Shown: positions 38,478-47,638 of the stretch, piece after piece
How positions within the stretch are numbered: position 1 is the first letter of the stretch
Layout of the letters: every line of letters begins with the position of its first letter
Source of the DNA: Eubacteriales bacterium
GTDB lineage: Bacteria; Bacillota; Clostridia; Oscillospirales; CAG-272
DNA length: 64,000 nt
Assembly (NCBI GenBank): GCA_045576315.1
Contig: JAZNGE010000003.1
Location: 92,070 to 156,069 of the forward strand
Direction: 5' to 3'
The notes under the pieces: generated by a model
Told to the model about the DNA's origin: nothing
Seen by the model: the letters and a program-made list of their open reading frames with translations, nothing else
The model's database searches: none
Made by a program: the position numbers and the translations under genes

Positions 38478-38542
38478 AGCTTTTTAACTCCTCATCCGTC
38501 ACTCGTTACACTCGTGACACCTTCTCCCACAGGAGAAGGCTT
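38391..38542. repeat. Inverted pair of CCTTCTCC REP-like elements flanked by an 18-bp direct repeat
   Basis: Forward copy 38391-38438, reverse copy 38487-38542; GAGATCGAAGCG(C/T)TCAAA at 38370 and 38545. Confidence 0.85.
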
Positions 38543-38644
38543 ACGAGATCGAAGCGTTCAAATCTGCGAACACTAATACCACAAATAAAGACTCAAAAAA
38601 ATAATGCGCGAGCCATAGTCTGCCCGCGCATTTTTTATTTTCCA

Positions 38645-38771
38645 AAGCCTCCCTCCGAGAGGGAGGTGGCACGGCAACGCCGTGACGGAAGGAGCCAACG
38701 TCCACCCACGTTCGCCCGGCGAACATATCACGCCACAAAAGTGGCATATCACGTCGCAACGCGACATATAC
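38645..38771 (+). repeat. CCTCCCTC/GAGGGAGG variant REP followed by a hairpin-ATATCAC triplet
   Basis: AAGCCTCCCTCCGAGAGGGAGGTGGCACGGCAACGCCGTGACGGAAGGAG, then three hairpins separated by ATATCAC. Confidence 0.75.
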
Positions 38772-39068
38772 CTACCCCAACTCATCTTCAACTATGTATG
38801 CGAGGTCTATCGGCGTAGCCAGGTTTGCCACCAGCTTTTCAAAAAAACGCATCGCCTTTCCCGAGTCCGAAAACAGATCGGCGGTATTACCCACTGTCCG
38901 TCTGCCTGTGTCGATAAATTCCATCACCACAGCGAATGAATATAAGGGAATTCCAAAGCCCGCAACGGTTCTGTTTTCACGGCGTGTCAGCTCATAGCGA
39001 TACTTTATTCCGTCTACCTCGCGCACTTCGGTGCGGATAGTCTTGCATTTTGTCGCACAGTTTTTCAT
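38772..39068 (-). CDS. Small clostridial protein, DUF6514-like
   Basis: YRYEL...YS..V...DLFSD..KA.RF.EKL..N..TPI.L..IVED pattern; RBS GAGGT before ATG 39068. Confidence 0.65.
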   Translation of the reverse strand: MKNCATKCKTIRTEVREVDGIKYRYELTRRENRTVAGFGIPLYSFAVVMEFIDTGRRTVGNTADLFSDSGKAMRFFEKLVANLATPIDLAYIVEDELG

Positions 39069-39201
39069 AATATTACCTCGCATAGTTTTTCATCTATATT
39101 CTATCACTCCCCCCTGTCGAAAACGACCGCATCACGCCAAAAAAATCGTAAACCTTTCGCCCATTTCGCCAAATTCAGCCCCCCACCGCCCACATTTCCC
39201 C

Positions 39202-39239
39202 AGGGGCGCGTGGATGCAAGCATCTGCACGAATCGCCCG
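39202..39239 (+). repeat. Long-form GTAG-type REP lacking the leading GT
   Basis: AGGGGCGCGTGGATGCAAGCATCTGCACGAATCGCCCG, identical to the copies at 33254 and 33479. Confidence 0.8.
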
Positions 39240-39328
39240 AAAACATTTCCCAAGAAAAATTTTCTCACAATGTAGACAAACCCGAAAAAATGTGGTAAAA
39301 TATAAAAAAAGCAGAAAGGAAAAACAAT

Positions 39329-39640
39329 ATGCTTCAACTTACAAAAGACAATTTTAAATCCGAGGTCGAAGAGCACGACGGCCTCGTCGTCATAGACCTC
39401 TATGCAGATTGGTGCGGCCCTTGCAAGATGCTTGCGCCCACTATTGCCGAGCTTGCCGCTGATATGCCCGACGTCAAGTTCGCAAAGATCAACGTAGATA
39501 ACGAGCCCGAGCTTGCAAAGGCTTTCCATGTCAGCTCAATACCGATGGTCGCACTCGTAAAGGACAATACCTTCCTCGATATGTCTGTCGGCTACGTGCC
39601 TAAATCCACTCTCGAAAAGCTCATCGAAGAGTATCGATAA
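39329..39640 (+). CDS. trxA: Thioredoxin
   Basis: WCGPC active site, KINVD, SIP; 103 aa. Confidence 0.95.
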   Translation: MLQLTKDNFKSEVEEHDGLVVIDLYADWCGPCKMLAPTIAELAADMPDVKFAKINVDNEPELAKAFHVSSIPMVALVKDNTFLDMSVGYVPKSTLEKLIEEYR

Positions 39641-39655
39641 AATAACCTACACATC

Positions 39656-39683
39656 AGCCCGAATCGTCACGATTCGGGCTTTT
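39656..39683 (+). terminator. Rho-independent terminator
   Basis: AGCCCGAATC-GTCAC-GATTCGGGCT-TTT. Confidence 0.7.
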
Positions 39684-39792
39684 AGTATGCACCCGTGTCG
39701 CGTTTTGCTATATTTAAACGCCCAAAACCTCTTGTGATTAGTCATATCTGTTGCTATAATTAGAAGGAAAAAATCTGATTTTGGAGCAAGAT

Positions 39793-42700
39793 ATGAGAAA
39801 ACTGTTTAAAATCCCCCTCGCCCTCGTCACACTCCTGATATTAACTCTCGCCAATACCATTATCGTAGGGGCGATTCACGAATCGCCCGATTTAACCGTA
39901 GGGGACGACGTCCTCGGCGTCCCAAGCTCCCACACCGTCACCCTATATGACCGCGGCGACCCGTTTGCAAGTGTCGAGGTGCCAAACGGTGCGACACTCT
40001 CCGAGCTGCCCACCCCCACGCGCGAGGGATACAAGCTTGTCGGCTGGCGCACAGATTCTGACGACGGCACACCCTTCGAGCCGTCAACCCCCATAACCAA
40101 GGACACGGACTTGCACGCGGTGTACGAGCTTCTGCCGCCCGCCTTTGACATATCCTCGCTCTCCTTTACTTACGATTCTCACGCCCACACCCTCGCTTTT
40201 TCCTCTGTGTCACACCCACTGCTGACGGGCGGCATACTTTCTTACGAGTGGTATAAGGACGGCACACCGATTGGTGCTTACGGCTCGTCACTTTCCGTAA
40301 GCAAGGTGTCCGATAGCGGTGAGTATTCCTGCCGCCTGGTCTTTTCCGTCGGCGGCGACGTCACCGAGATAACCACGCCGCCCATCACCGTCCGCATATC
40401 CAAATGCGAGATACCGCTGCCAACCCTCGACCCCGTTTACTACACAGGCGATGCGCAATCCCCCTCGATTTATGACAGCGGCTATTATACCGTCGACCGC
40501 ACTCCCCACACCCTCGCAGGCACGTATCCCATTGCCATAACCCTCAAAGACCCCGACAATTACACCTTTTCCGGCACGGACAAGCCTACCGTCACGGTTG
40601 ATATGATCATTCTCCAAGCCGAGAATTTTTGGGTAGTCCCACCGACCGTCAGCGACGTGTATACCTCGTTTTCTCCCACTCCGAGCGCAATGTCACGCTT
40701 CGGCACTCCCACGTTTCTTTACTCGCGCGACGGGGTAGAGTATACCGCCACCGCCCCGACCGCCCCCGGCGAATATCTGATGCGTGCCGAGGTCAGCGCG
40801 AGCGAGAACTATTCCGCCCTCATCTGTGACCCCGTCCGCTTTAAAGTGATAGCCGAAGCGGTCGTCGGCATCGCCGCAAAATCCCCCGCGCAAAAAATGA
40901 CCTATTACGCATTCGAGCGGTTTGACCCGACAGGGCTTCTTATAGGCGTGACCTATAACAGCGGCCGTTATGAAGAGATCGGCGCGGAAATGCTCGATAT
41001 AACCTATCAGCAGGCAGACTCCTTCCGTTACCGCGACAGCGGCGTTATCATCAGCTACGGCGGCTCGTCTGTGCTGCTTCGCACCACGGTTTTGCGCGCC
41101 GACTATGACCTTACGGGCATAGATTTTCCCGATATTTTCGCAACCTATAACGCCTCGCTCATCACCCCCGATTACCTCGGCACTCTCCCGATTGGCGCTG
41201 ACGGCATTCCTCTTGTCGCCTGTGTCACGGGCGGCGGTGTCGACGTCGGTGTATATACAGTAACGCTCTCCTTTTATACCGACTCCGACAACTATAACAC
41301 CCCCTCACCGATAAACGCCACCTTGACGGTAGAGCCGTGCGTCGCTACTGTCACGTGGACGGGTCTCACCTTCGTCTATGACGGCAGTCTAAAGCTTCCC
41401 GAGGCGTATTACCTCGATCTTTACGGCCGCAAGGTGACACTCACCCCCACGGGCGCGCACTCTTTCGCGGGGCAGTATACCGCCACCGTCACCACCCCCG
41501 ACCCCAACTACACGCTCGCCAATCCCACCGTCGATTATGAGATACAAAAGGCAGACTACGATATGTCGGGCGTGCTATGGCAGGGCGGCGGCGAGGTCTA
41601 TGACGGTATGGAAAAGCGCGTATACCTCACAGGTCTGCCGACAGGTGTCACCGTTGTCGGATACGTCAACGCCACGGCGGTAAACGCAGGTGCATACACC
41701 GCCACCGCAGCCCTGTCCTACGACACGGCAAACTACAATCCACCCATAGCCCCCGAGTATCTTTGGCGTGTCCTGCCTGCCGTGTATCCCACCGACACAT
41801 TCGAATTTTTCGATAATATAACCGTCTTTGACGGTGAGGCTCACTATCCGCTTTTAGAGGGTGAAATGCCTGTTGGAATTGACGGCACCCCACTCGAATA
41901 TTCCTTTTCCGCCTCTGCCACTCACGTCAGCGACGGCAGGGTAAAGGTCGAAATATCCTTCAGCACAAAAAGCCCTAATTACACACCACCAAGCCCCTCT
42001 GTACGCTACGTTGAGATAACGCCGCGCGAGATCACGGTAAAGTGGGAAAATGTCGAATTTCGTTACACGGGTGCGCCCCTTTTGCCTGCGGCGACCGCAA
42101 ACGAGTGTGAAATTACCGTACATGGCGCGTCGGTCATGGCAGGGCAGTATACCGCCACCGCGATAGCAAAAGATACCGACTACAAGGTCAAAAACAGCAC
42201 CTGCACCTACGTGATATTAAAGGCTGAAAACGAGTGGACGTCCTCGCTCGCCGTCCCCGACGTTTTCTTCGGCACTACTCCCACCCCCACCGCCACCGCA
42301 AAGGCGGGCGAGGTGATCTATACCTACTACTCCGATGCCGAATGCACCTCGCCCATCGGCTCTGTCCCTGATGCCGTCGGCATCTATTACGTCCGCGCCT
42401 ACACCGAGGGCGATTTAAACCACGAGCCGATAGAGTCATCTCCCGTCCGCTTTGAGATAATAGCGATCGTTCCCGTCGCCCTCGTCGTCACACCCGATAA
42501 AGCAGAGTATACCGCCTTCGATACCGTCACCTTTACCGCCTCGCTTTTGAATAACGACGGCAGCTATACCGCCATCGACCCATCTCTTGTCAGCGCAGTC
42601 TACAACAGCGGCAACTCTCTGCGCTTTGGCGACACGTCGGTCACCTTTTTGTATTCCGACCTTACCGCGAGTGCCGCCGTCACGGTAATTAAGCGCGACT

Positions 42701-43881
42701 ACGACCTTTCCGCACTCGTCTGGTCGTCCTGCCGTTTTACCTATAACGGCGCTCCCCATACCGTCACCCTCAGCGGCCTGCCCGACGGTGTCACCGTGCG
42801 CGAATACGTGGGTGTCGGCTTTGTTAATGCCGGCGAATATACCGTCAGCGCCGTCCTTGACTACGATAGCGCAAATTATAATCCCCCCGTAATATCCCCT
42901 ATAACCGTCACCGTCGACAAGCAGACCGTGCCCCTGCCCGTCATAGGCTCGGCAGAGTATAACGGTGCGCCTAATACCGCCACCGTTACCCCCTCGCCCC
43001 TCTATACCGTCACCCCGTTGCCGAGCGCAACCCTGACGGGCGCGTATCCCATAACTCTCACCCTCACCGACCCCAAAAACTACACCTTCGGCACGTCCGC
43101 CACCGCCACCGTCTACTTTCATATAGAGCCGCGCCGCCTCACCGTCAAGGTGTCGGATTTCGATCTGTACCTCTTCGAGAGCGAGGTGTCACCCACGTTT
43201 GAAATAACCGACGGCACTCTAGTTGACGGTGACACCCTCACCCCCGCCTATCGCGTTTCGGACGGTAAAATATACGTCGACTTTGGCAACAAAAACTACG
43301 ATATAACCGTCATTCCGGGAACACTCCACCGCCATAAAACGCTCTCAAGCGAGGCAAATTCGCTTTTGCTTTTCATTATCCTCATTATTCTTCTTTTGCT
43401 GCTCGTTACGGTAGCCGTTTTTGTAGCTCGCCGCCGTATCCGCTGCCGCGCCTATACCCCCGTCACCCCGAGCGATCCGCTGCCCGAGCCTGACGCGCCC
43501 CCCACCGACACTCCGACAGATGATCCACCCACCACGGTGGTCGATGCCGAGTATGCCGATGCCGCTATAACCAACGCGCTCGCAAAGGATCTTATTCGCC
43601 GTGACGACGACGTGGTAACCGACGGCAGCCGCCGCGGCATTGTAAACGTCGACACCCTCTCGCGCTCCTTCTCGGCAGGTGAGAGAGTGGATATAAACGC
43701 CCTCAAAAGCCATAGCCTTATCCCCTATGACACCGCCTATATCAAGGTCTTGGCGCGCGGCATTATCGATAAGCCGCTCTACGTCTACGCCAACGATTTC
43801 AGCCTCTCCGCAGTAAAGATGATCGCCCTTTCGGGCGGCAAGGCGGTAAAGGTGAATAGCGTTATAAGGAAAAAAGAATAA
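39793..43881 (+). CDS. Large surface protein: InlB B-repeat, Ig-like and MBG-like repeats, TM helix, cytoplasmic uL15-like C-terminal domain
   Basis: Signal peptide; PTPTREGYKLVGW; repeated 'YDG/YNG...GLP.GVTV...NAG.YT'; TM LLLFIILIILLLLLVTVAVFVARRR; C-terminal IVNVDTL...IKVLARG..DKPL.V.ANDFS.SA...I...GG. Confidence 0.85.
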   Translation: MRKLFKIPLALVTLLILTLANTIIVGAIHESPDLTVGDDVLGVPSSHTVTLYDRGDPFASVEVPNGATLSELPTPTREGYKLVGWRTDSDDGTPFEPSTPITKDTDLHAVYELLPPAFDISSLSFTYDSHAHTLAFSSVSHPLLTGGILSYEWYKDGTPIGAYGSSLSVSKVSDSGEYSCRLVFSVGGDVTEITTPPITVRISKCEIPLPTLDPVYYTGDAQSPSIYDSGYYTVDRTPHTLAGTYPIAITLKDPDNYTFSGTDKPTVTVDMIILQAENFWVVPPTVSDVYTSFSPTPSAMSRFGTPTFLYSRDGVEYTATAPTAPGEYLMRAEVSASENYSALICDPVRFKVIAEAVVGIAAKSPAQKMTYYAFERFDPTGLLIGVTYNSGRYEEIGAEMLDITYQQADSFRYRDSGVIISYGGSSVLLRTTVLRADYDLTGIDFPDIFATYNASLITPDYLGTLPIGADGIPLVACVTGGGVDVGVYTVTLSFYTDSDNYNTPSPINATLTVEPCVATVTWTGLTFVYDGSLKLPEAYYLDLYGRKVTLTPTGAHSFAGQYTATVTTPDPNYTLANPTVDYEIQKADYDMSGVLWQGGGEVYDGMEKRVYLTGLPTGVTVVGYVNATAVNAGAYTATAALSYDTANYNPPIAPEYLWRVLPAVYPTDTFEFFDNITVFDGEAHYPLLEGEMPVGIDGTPLEYSFSASATHVSDGRVKVEISFSTKSPNYTPPSPSVRYVEITPREITVKWENVEFRYTGAPLLPAATANECEITVHGASVMAGQYTATAIAKDTDYKVKNSTCTYVILKAENEWTSSLAVPDVFFGTTPTPTATAKAGEVIYTYYSDAECTSPIGSVPDAVGIYYVRAYTEGDLNHEPIESSPVRFEIIAIVPVALVVTPDKAEYTAFDTVTFTASLLNNDGSYTAIDPSLVSAVYNSGNSLRFGDTSVTFLYSDLTASAAVTVIKRDYDLSALVWSSCRFTYNGAPHTVTLSGLPDGVTVREYVGVGFVNAGEYTVSAVLDYDSANYNPPVISPITVTVDKQTVPLPVIGSAEYNGAPNTATVTPSPLYTVTPLPSATLTGAYPITLTLTDPKNYTFGTSATATVYFHIEPRRLTVKVSDFDLYLFESEVSPTFEITDGTLVDGDTLTPAYRVSDGKIYVDFGNKNYDITVIPGTLHRHKTLSSEANSLLLFIILIILLLLLVTVAVFVARRRIRCRAYTPVTPSDPLPEPDAPPTDTPTDDPPTTVVDAEYADAAITNALAKDLIRRDDDVVTDGSRRGIVNVDTLSRSFSAGERVDINALKSHSLIPYDTAYIKVLARGIIDKPLYVYANDFSLSAVKMIALSGGKAVKVNSVIRKKE
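39865..39923 (+). repeat. Two GTAG-type REP elements in frame within a CDS
   Basis: GTAGGGGCGATTCACGAATCGCCCG (39865) and GTAGGGGACGACGTCCTCGGCGTCCC (39898). Confidence 0.8.
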
Positions 43882-43981
43882 AGGTATTGCAAAATTCGCG
43901 AAAAAATGATAAAATAATCTCATCTCTGACGATGAGGCAAGGAGCGCCGCAGTCGGTTGACTGCGGCGCTCTCGTAATGAT

Positions 43982-44653
43982 ATGGAAATTTTGTATAAGG
44001 ATAAAAACTTAATAGCGATAAATAAGCCGGCAGGCATGCCCGTCCAGCCCGATCCCACCTCTGATAAGGATGCCCTCACCCTTATGGGTGAAATGCTTTC
44101 CGAAATGGGTGAGAATTCGGCTCTTTGGCTCGTCCACCGACTTGACCGCGTGGTCGGCGGCACCGTTGTCTTTGCGCGTAATAAGCGCACCGCCGCCGCA
44201 CTCTCCGAGCTGTTTTCTTCCCAGAATACCGAAAAGGAATACCTCGCCGTAGTCGAGGGTAGGGCAGAGGGCGGCGTGCTTATTGACTATCTTTATAAGG
44301 ATGCCGCAAAGGGCAAGGCGTTCGTAGTTGACCGCAAGCGTGCAGGAGTTAAGGAAGCAAAGCTTGAATACACACCCCTCTCGAGTGTCGAATGTGAGCG
44401 CGGCACCTACACCCTCGTCCGTGTGCGCCTTCATACCGGCAGATTTCATCAGATCCGCGCCCAGCTTTCACACCGCGGCACGTCAATAGTCGGTGACGGC
44501 AAGTACGGCAGTCACGATAACCGCGCAAAAATGCCCGCGCTCTTTTCATCCCGACTTGCGTTTTCCGCGCTCGGCAGGGACTACGATATAAAAAAATCCC
44601 CCGATAAAGAGAGCTACCCCTGGTCGCTCTTCGATGAGGTGAACTATGACTGA
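43982..44653 (+). CDS. RluA-family pseudouridine synthase
   Basis: INKPAG, VHRLDR, KEYLAVV, LHTGRFHQIR, IVGD.KYG. Confidence 0.93.
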   Translation: MEILYKDKNLIAINKPAGMPVQPDPTSDKDALTLMGEMLSEMGENSALWLVHRLDRVVGGTVVFARNKRTAAALSELFSSQNTEKEYLAVVEGRAEGGVLIDYLYKDAAKGKAFVVDRKRAGVKEAKLEYTPLSSVECERGTYTLVRVRLHTGRFHQIRAQLSHRGTSIVGDGKYGSHDNRAKMPALFSSRLAFSALGRDYDIKKSPDKESYPWSLFDEVNYD

Positions 44654-45788
44654 AAAGCTGTATTATAAAAACGCCTATATGCGCGAATTTTCCTCAAAGG
44701 TCCTCGCCTGTGAGGCTTGTGACGGGGGATACGCCATCACCCTTGCCGCTACCGCCTTTTTCCCCGAGGAGGGCGGACAGTATGCCGACACCGGAGTGCT
44801 TAACGGCATTTGGGTGCGTGACGTGCGCGAAAAGGACGGCATTATATATCATATAACCGATGAGCCTATCGAGGTCGGTACGGTTGCCGTCGGCACTCTC
44901 GATTTTAACTCGCGCTATGAAAAAATGCAGTGCCACACGGCAGAGCATATCCTATGCGGACTTATATTTAAGACCTATGGTCTTAACAACGTCGGCTTTC
45001 ACCTCGGTGCAGATGACGTAACCATGGACATAAGCGCCCCTCTTTCCTGGGATCAGCTTATGGAGATAGAGCAGCGCGCCAACCTCATAGTATACGAAAA
45101 CGTGCCCGTCGAGGCTATCTTTCCCACCCCCGACGAGCTTCCGACGCTTGAATACCGTTCAAAGCTCGACCTCACCGAAAACGTCAGAATAGTCAATATC
45201 GGTGAGTATGACAGCTGTGCCTGCTGCGCCCCTCACGTGCGCTCAACGGGCGAGCTCGGACTTATAAAGATCCTCGATGCCGAAAAGCTTCGCGGCGGTA
45301 TGCGCGTTCATATAAGAGCAGGTATACGTGCCTATCGCGAGGTTTTACGGATGTACGACAACCTTGCCGAAATATCTCATCTTATCTCTCTTCCGAGGCT
45401 CGAAACAGCCGACGGAGTGCGTAAGCTGCTTGCCGATTACGAGGCAAAAAAGAATGAATATAAAGCCGCGCGTCAGACCTACTTTGAGAGGGAAGCGGAC
45501 CTTGTTTCTCCTACGGAGAAAAATCTCGTGCTTACATTCCCCGATGCAACCCAGAATGAATTGCGCATAGTTGCTAACTCCGCCATAGATAAGGTCGGCG
45601 GCATACTCGTGCTTTTGTCGGGTGCTGATGGTGCTTACCGCTTCGTCCTCTCCTCGCGTACCACCGATCTTCGTACCGAGGTCAAAAAAATTACCGCCGC
45701 CCTCGGCGGTGGGGGCGGCGGCAGCTCGGTTATGGCGCAGGGCAGTCTTACCGCTACGCTCTCCGATATAGAAAAGTATTTTATTTAA
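44646..45788 (+). CDS. Alanyl-tRNA editing protein (AlaX-type) with DHHA1-like C-terminus
   Basis: TAFFPEEGGQ..DTG, HTAEH, CCAPH, GGGGG...AQG. Confidence 0.9.
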   Translation: MTEKLYYKNAYMREFSSKVLACEACDGGYAITLAATAFFPEEGGQYADTGVLNGIWVRDVREKDGIIYHITDEPIEVGTVAVGTLDFNSRYEKMQCHTAEHILCGLIFKTYGLNNVGFHLGADDVTMDISAPLSWDQLMEIEQRANLIVYENVPVEAIFPTPDELPTLEYRSKLDLTENVRIVNIGEYDSCACCAPHVRSTGELGLIKILDAEKLRGGMRVHIRAGIRAYREVLRMYDNLAEISHLISLPRLETADGVRKLLADYEAKKNEYKAARQTYFEREADLVSPTEKNLVLTFPDATQNELRIVANSAIDKVGGILVLLSGADGAYRFVLSSRTTDLRTEVKKITAALGGGGGGSSVMAQGSLTATLSDIEKYFI

Positions 45789-46275
45789 CGTCAAAATTCA
45801 GCACCAGCTGCGCCTTCGTGGGCTTGAGCTTGGTCAGCTTTATACCCGCGGCGGCGAGCATACGCTTAGATGCAATATCGCTTGCCGTGCCGTTGTACTT
45901 GTCAGAGAGGTAAATAACCTCCTTGACACCCGACTGGATTATAGCCTTTGCGCACTCATGGCAGGGGAAAAGGCTTACGTACAGCTTAGAGCCCGTGAGA
46001 TTTTTTCCGCGTGCGTTCAGCACCGCGTTGAGCTCTGCGTGTACAACGAACTGATATTTGGTCTCGCCCTTTGCCTCATCTCTGTTCCAAGGGAATGAGT
46101 CGTCCGAGCATCCCTGAGGAAAACCGTTATATCCCGTGGACAGTATTCTGTTGTCGCTGTCGATTATGCACGCACCTACCTGGGTGCTGGGGTCCTTTGA
46201 GCGCTGTGCCGCAAGGAGCGCAACTCCCATAAAATAATCGTCCCAGCCTATATAGTCTATTCTCTTTTCGGACAT
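45781..46275 (-). CDS. dCMP deaminase
   Basis: RSKDP.TQVGA, GYNG, HAE.NA, PCHEC; start moved to ATG 46275 after GGGAGG. Confidence 0.93.
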   Translation of the reverse strand: MSEKRIDYIGWDDYFMGVALLAAQRSKDPSTQVGACIIDSDNRILSTGYNGFPQGCSDDSFPWNRDEAKGETKYQFVVHAELNAVLNARGKNLTGSKLYVSLFPCHECAKAIIQSGVKEVIYLSDKYNGTASDIASKRMLAAAGIKLTKLKPTKAQLVLNFDVK

Positions 46276-46353
46276 TTTAAAAGCCTCCCAAAATTCATAT
46301 AGGAAAATTATAACACAAAGATTTGCTTTTGTCAACAAAGAAAGGAGTGCCGT

Positions 46354-47247
46354 ATGTCATTACCCGAATATAGCGAATGCCGTCTTTGCGCGCGCTCCTG
46401 CGGAGTAGATCGCAATTCGGGCGGCTTGGGTGTCTGCCGTGTCGGCAGCGAGCCAACGCTCGCGCGTGCCGCGCTTCATATGTGGGAAGAGCCGATAATC
46501 TCCGGCACTCGCGGCTCGGGCACGGTGTTTTTCTCGGGCTGCTCGCTCGGCTGCATATACTGTCAGAACGCCACTATATCGCGTGCCGCCTACGGCAAAG
46601 GGGTCACCCTTGACCGCCTTGCTGAAATTATGCTCTCCCTTGAAAAAGACGGCGCGCATAACATAAACTTCGTCACCCCTACCCACTACGCCCCGACCGT
46701 AATAGCCGCCACCCGACAGGCAAGGGCAAAGGGGCTCACCCTGCCCATTGTGTACAATACCGCGTCCTACGATACCGTGGATACCGTCGCGTCCCTCAAG
46801 GACACCGTCGATATATACCTCGCCGATTATAAGTATAATCTCTCGCGCACCGCCGCCGCATATTCACACGCCGCGGATTATCCCACCGTCGCCCGTGCCG
46901 CTATTGCCGAAATGGTAAAGCAAAAGGGAAGTGCCGTTATCGAGGACGGAATTATGAGATCGGGCGTTATCGTCCGCGTGCTTCTTTTGCCCGGTCACGT
47001 TGCCGAGGCAAAGCTGTGCGTAAAATACATCTACGAATCCTACGGAGATGACGTTTATATCAGCCTTATGAGTCAGTATACGCCAATGCCCGATATGCCC
47101 GCTCCGCTTGACCGCCGTGTCAGCACCGCCGAGTATGACGAGCTTGTTGACTACGCACTTAAAAAGGGCGTGAAAAACGCCTTTATCCAGGACGGCAGCT
47201 CCGCCGCAGAGAGCTTTATACCCCCGTTTGACTCCACCGGAATTTAA
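46354..47247 (+). CDS. PflX-family radical SAM protein
   Basis: CRLCARSC, EEP.ISG..GSGTVFFSGCSLGCIYCQN, HNINFVTPTH, SLMSQYTP. Confidence 0.9.
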   Translation: MSLPEYSECRLCARSCGVDRNSGGLGVCRVGSEPTLARAALHMWEEPIISGTRGSGTVFFSGCSLGCIYCQNATISRAAYGKGVTLDRLAEIMLSLEKDGAHNINFVTPTHYAPTVIAATRQARAKGLTLPIVYNTASYDTVDTVASLKDTVDIYLADYKYNLSRTAAAYSHAADYPTVARAAIAEMVKQKGSAVIEDGIMRSGVIVRVLLLPGHVAEAKLCVKYIYESYGDDVYISLMSQYTPMPDMPAPLDRRVSTAEYDELVDYALKKGVKNAFIQDGSSAAESFIPPFDSTGI

Positions 47248-47349
47248 TTTTTTTGGGATTTTTTCGACCTTACAAAATACCCCTACGTAGTAGACCCCCC
47301 AAAAACCTGATTTTGAAAAAAATGTCAACGAAAAAATTTCAAAAACCTA

Positions 47350-47378
47350 TTGACAAACCGAAAAATGAGTGTTATAAT
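47350..47378 (+). promoter_or_regulatory. Sigma-A promoter
   Basis: Perfect TTGACA-17bp-TATAAT with TG extension. Confidence 0.8.
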
Positions 47379-47407
47379 GCTTGCATAAAACCGAATAGTC
47401 GAATCAA

Positions 47408-47582
47408 CGAATTAGAGGCGCGGAATCAATCAGTAGCCGTCGGTAGATGCTCAAACGTCTATGACCGACCGCGAAAGGTGCTTTCGCCGAAATTGCTCAT
47501 CTTTTGAGGGGTGTGCCGTTGGACGTTAAAAGAATATTTTAACGGCTGTCGCAGGACAAAATCTTGCGGAGTGCTATATTCG
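47408..47582 (+). ncRNA. Lysine riboswitch (L-box)
   Basis: Ordered conserved elements AGAGGCGC, AGTA, GAAAGG, CGCCGAA, GAATA, CTGTC, GGAGTGCTA; P1 CGAAT/ATTCG; lies upstream of an amino-acid ABC transporter. Confidence 0.85.
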
Positions 47583-47638
47583 ATGTGTCCTTTGTTAACG
47601 CACAGCCCTTTTCCCGAGCTACCGTATGCAGATCGTCC

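Noticed and set aside
43630..43881. A genuine rplO gene fused by assembly error
   Set aside because: No ribosomal operon context, no N-terminal uL15 extension, and the reading frame and codon style are continuous with the upstream domains.
43918..43975. Possible hammerhead ribozyme (CTGACGA) or riboswitch upstream of the RluA gene
   Set aside because: CTGAC sits in the loop of a simple CTCATC/GATGAG hairpin and no correctly placed GAAA core follows; only two plain hairpins are evident.
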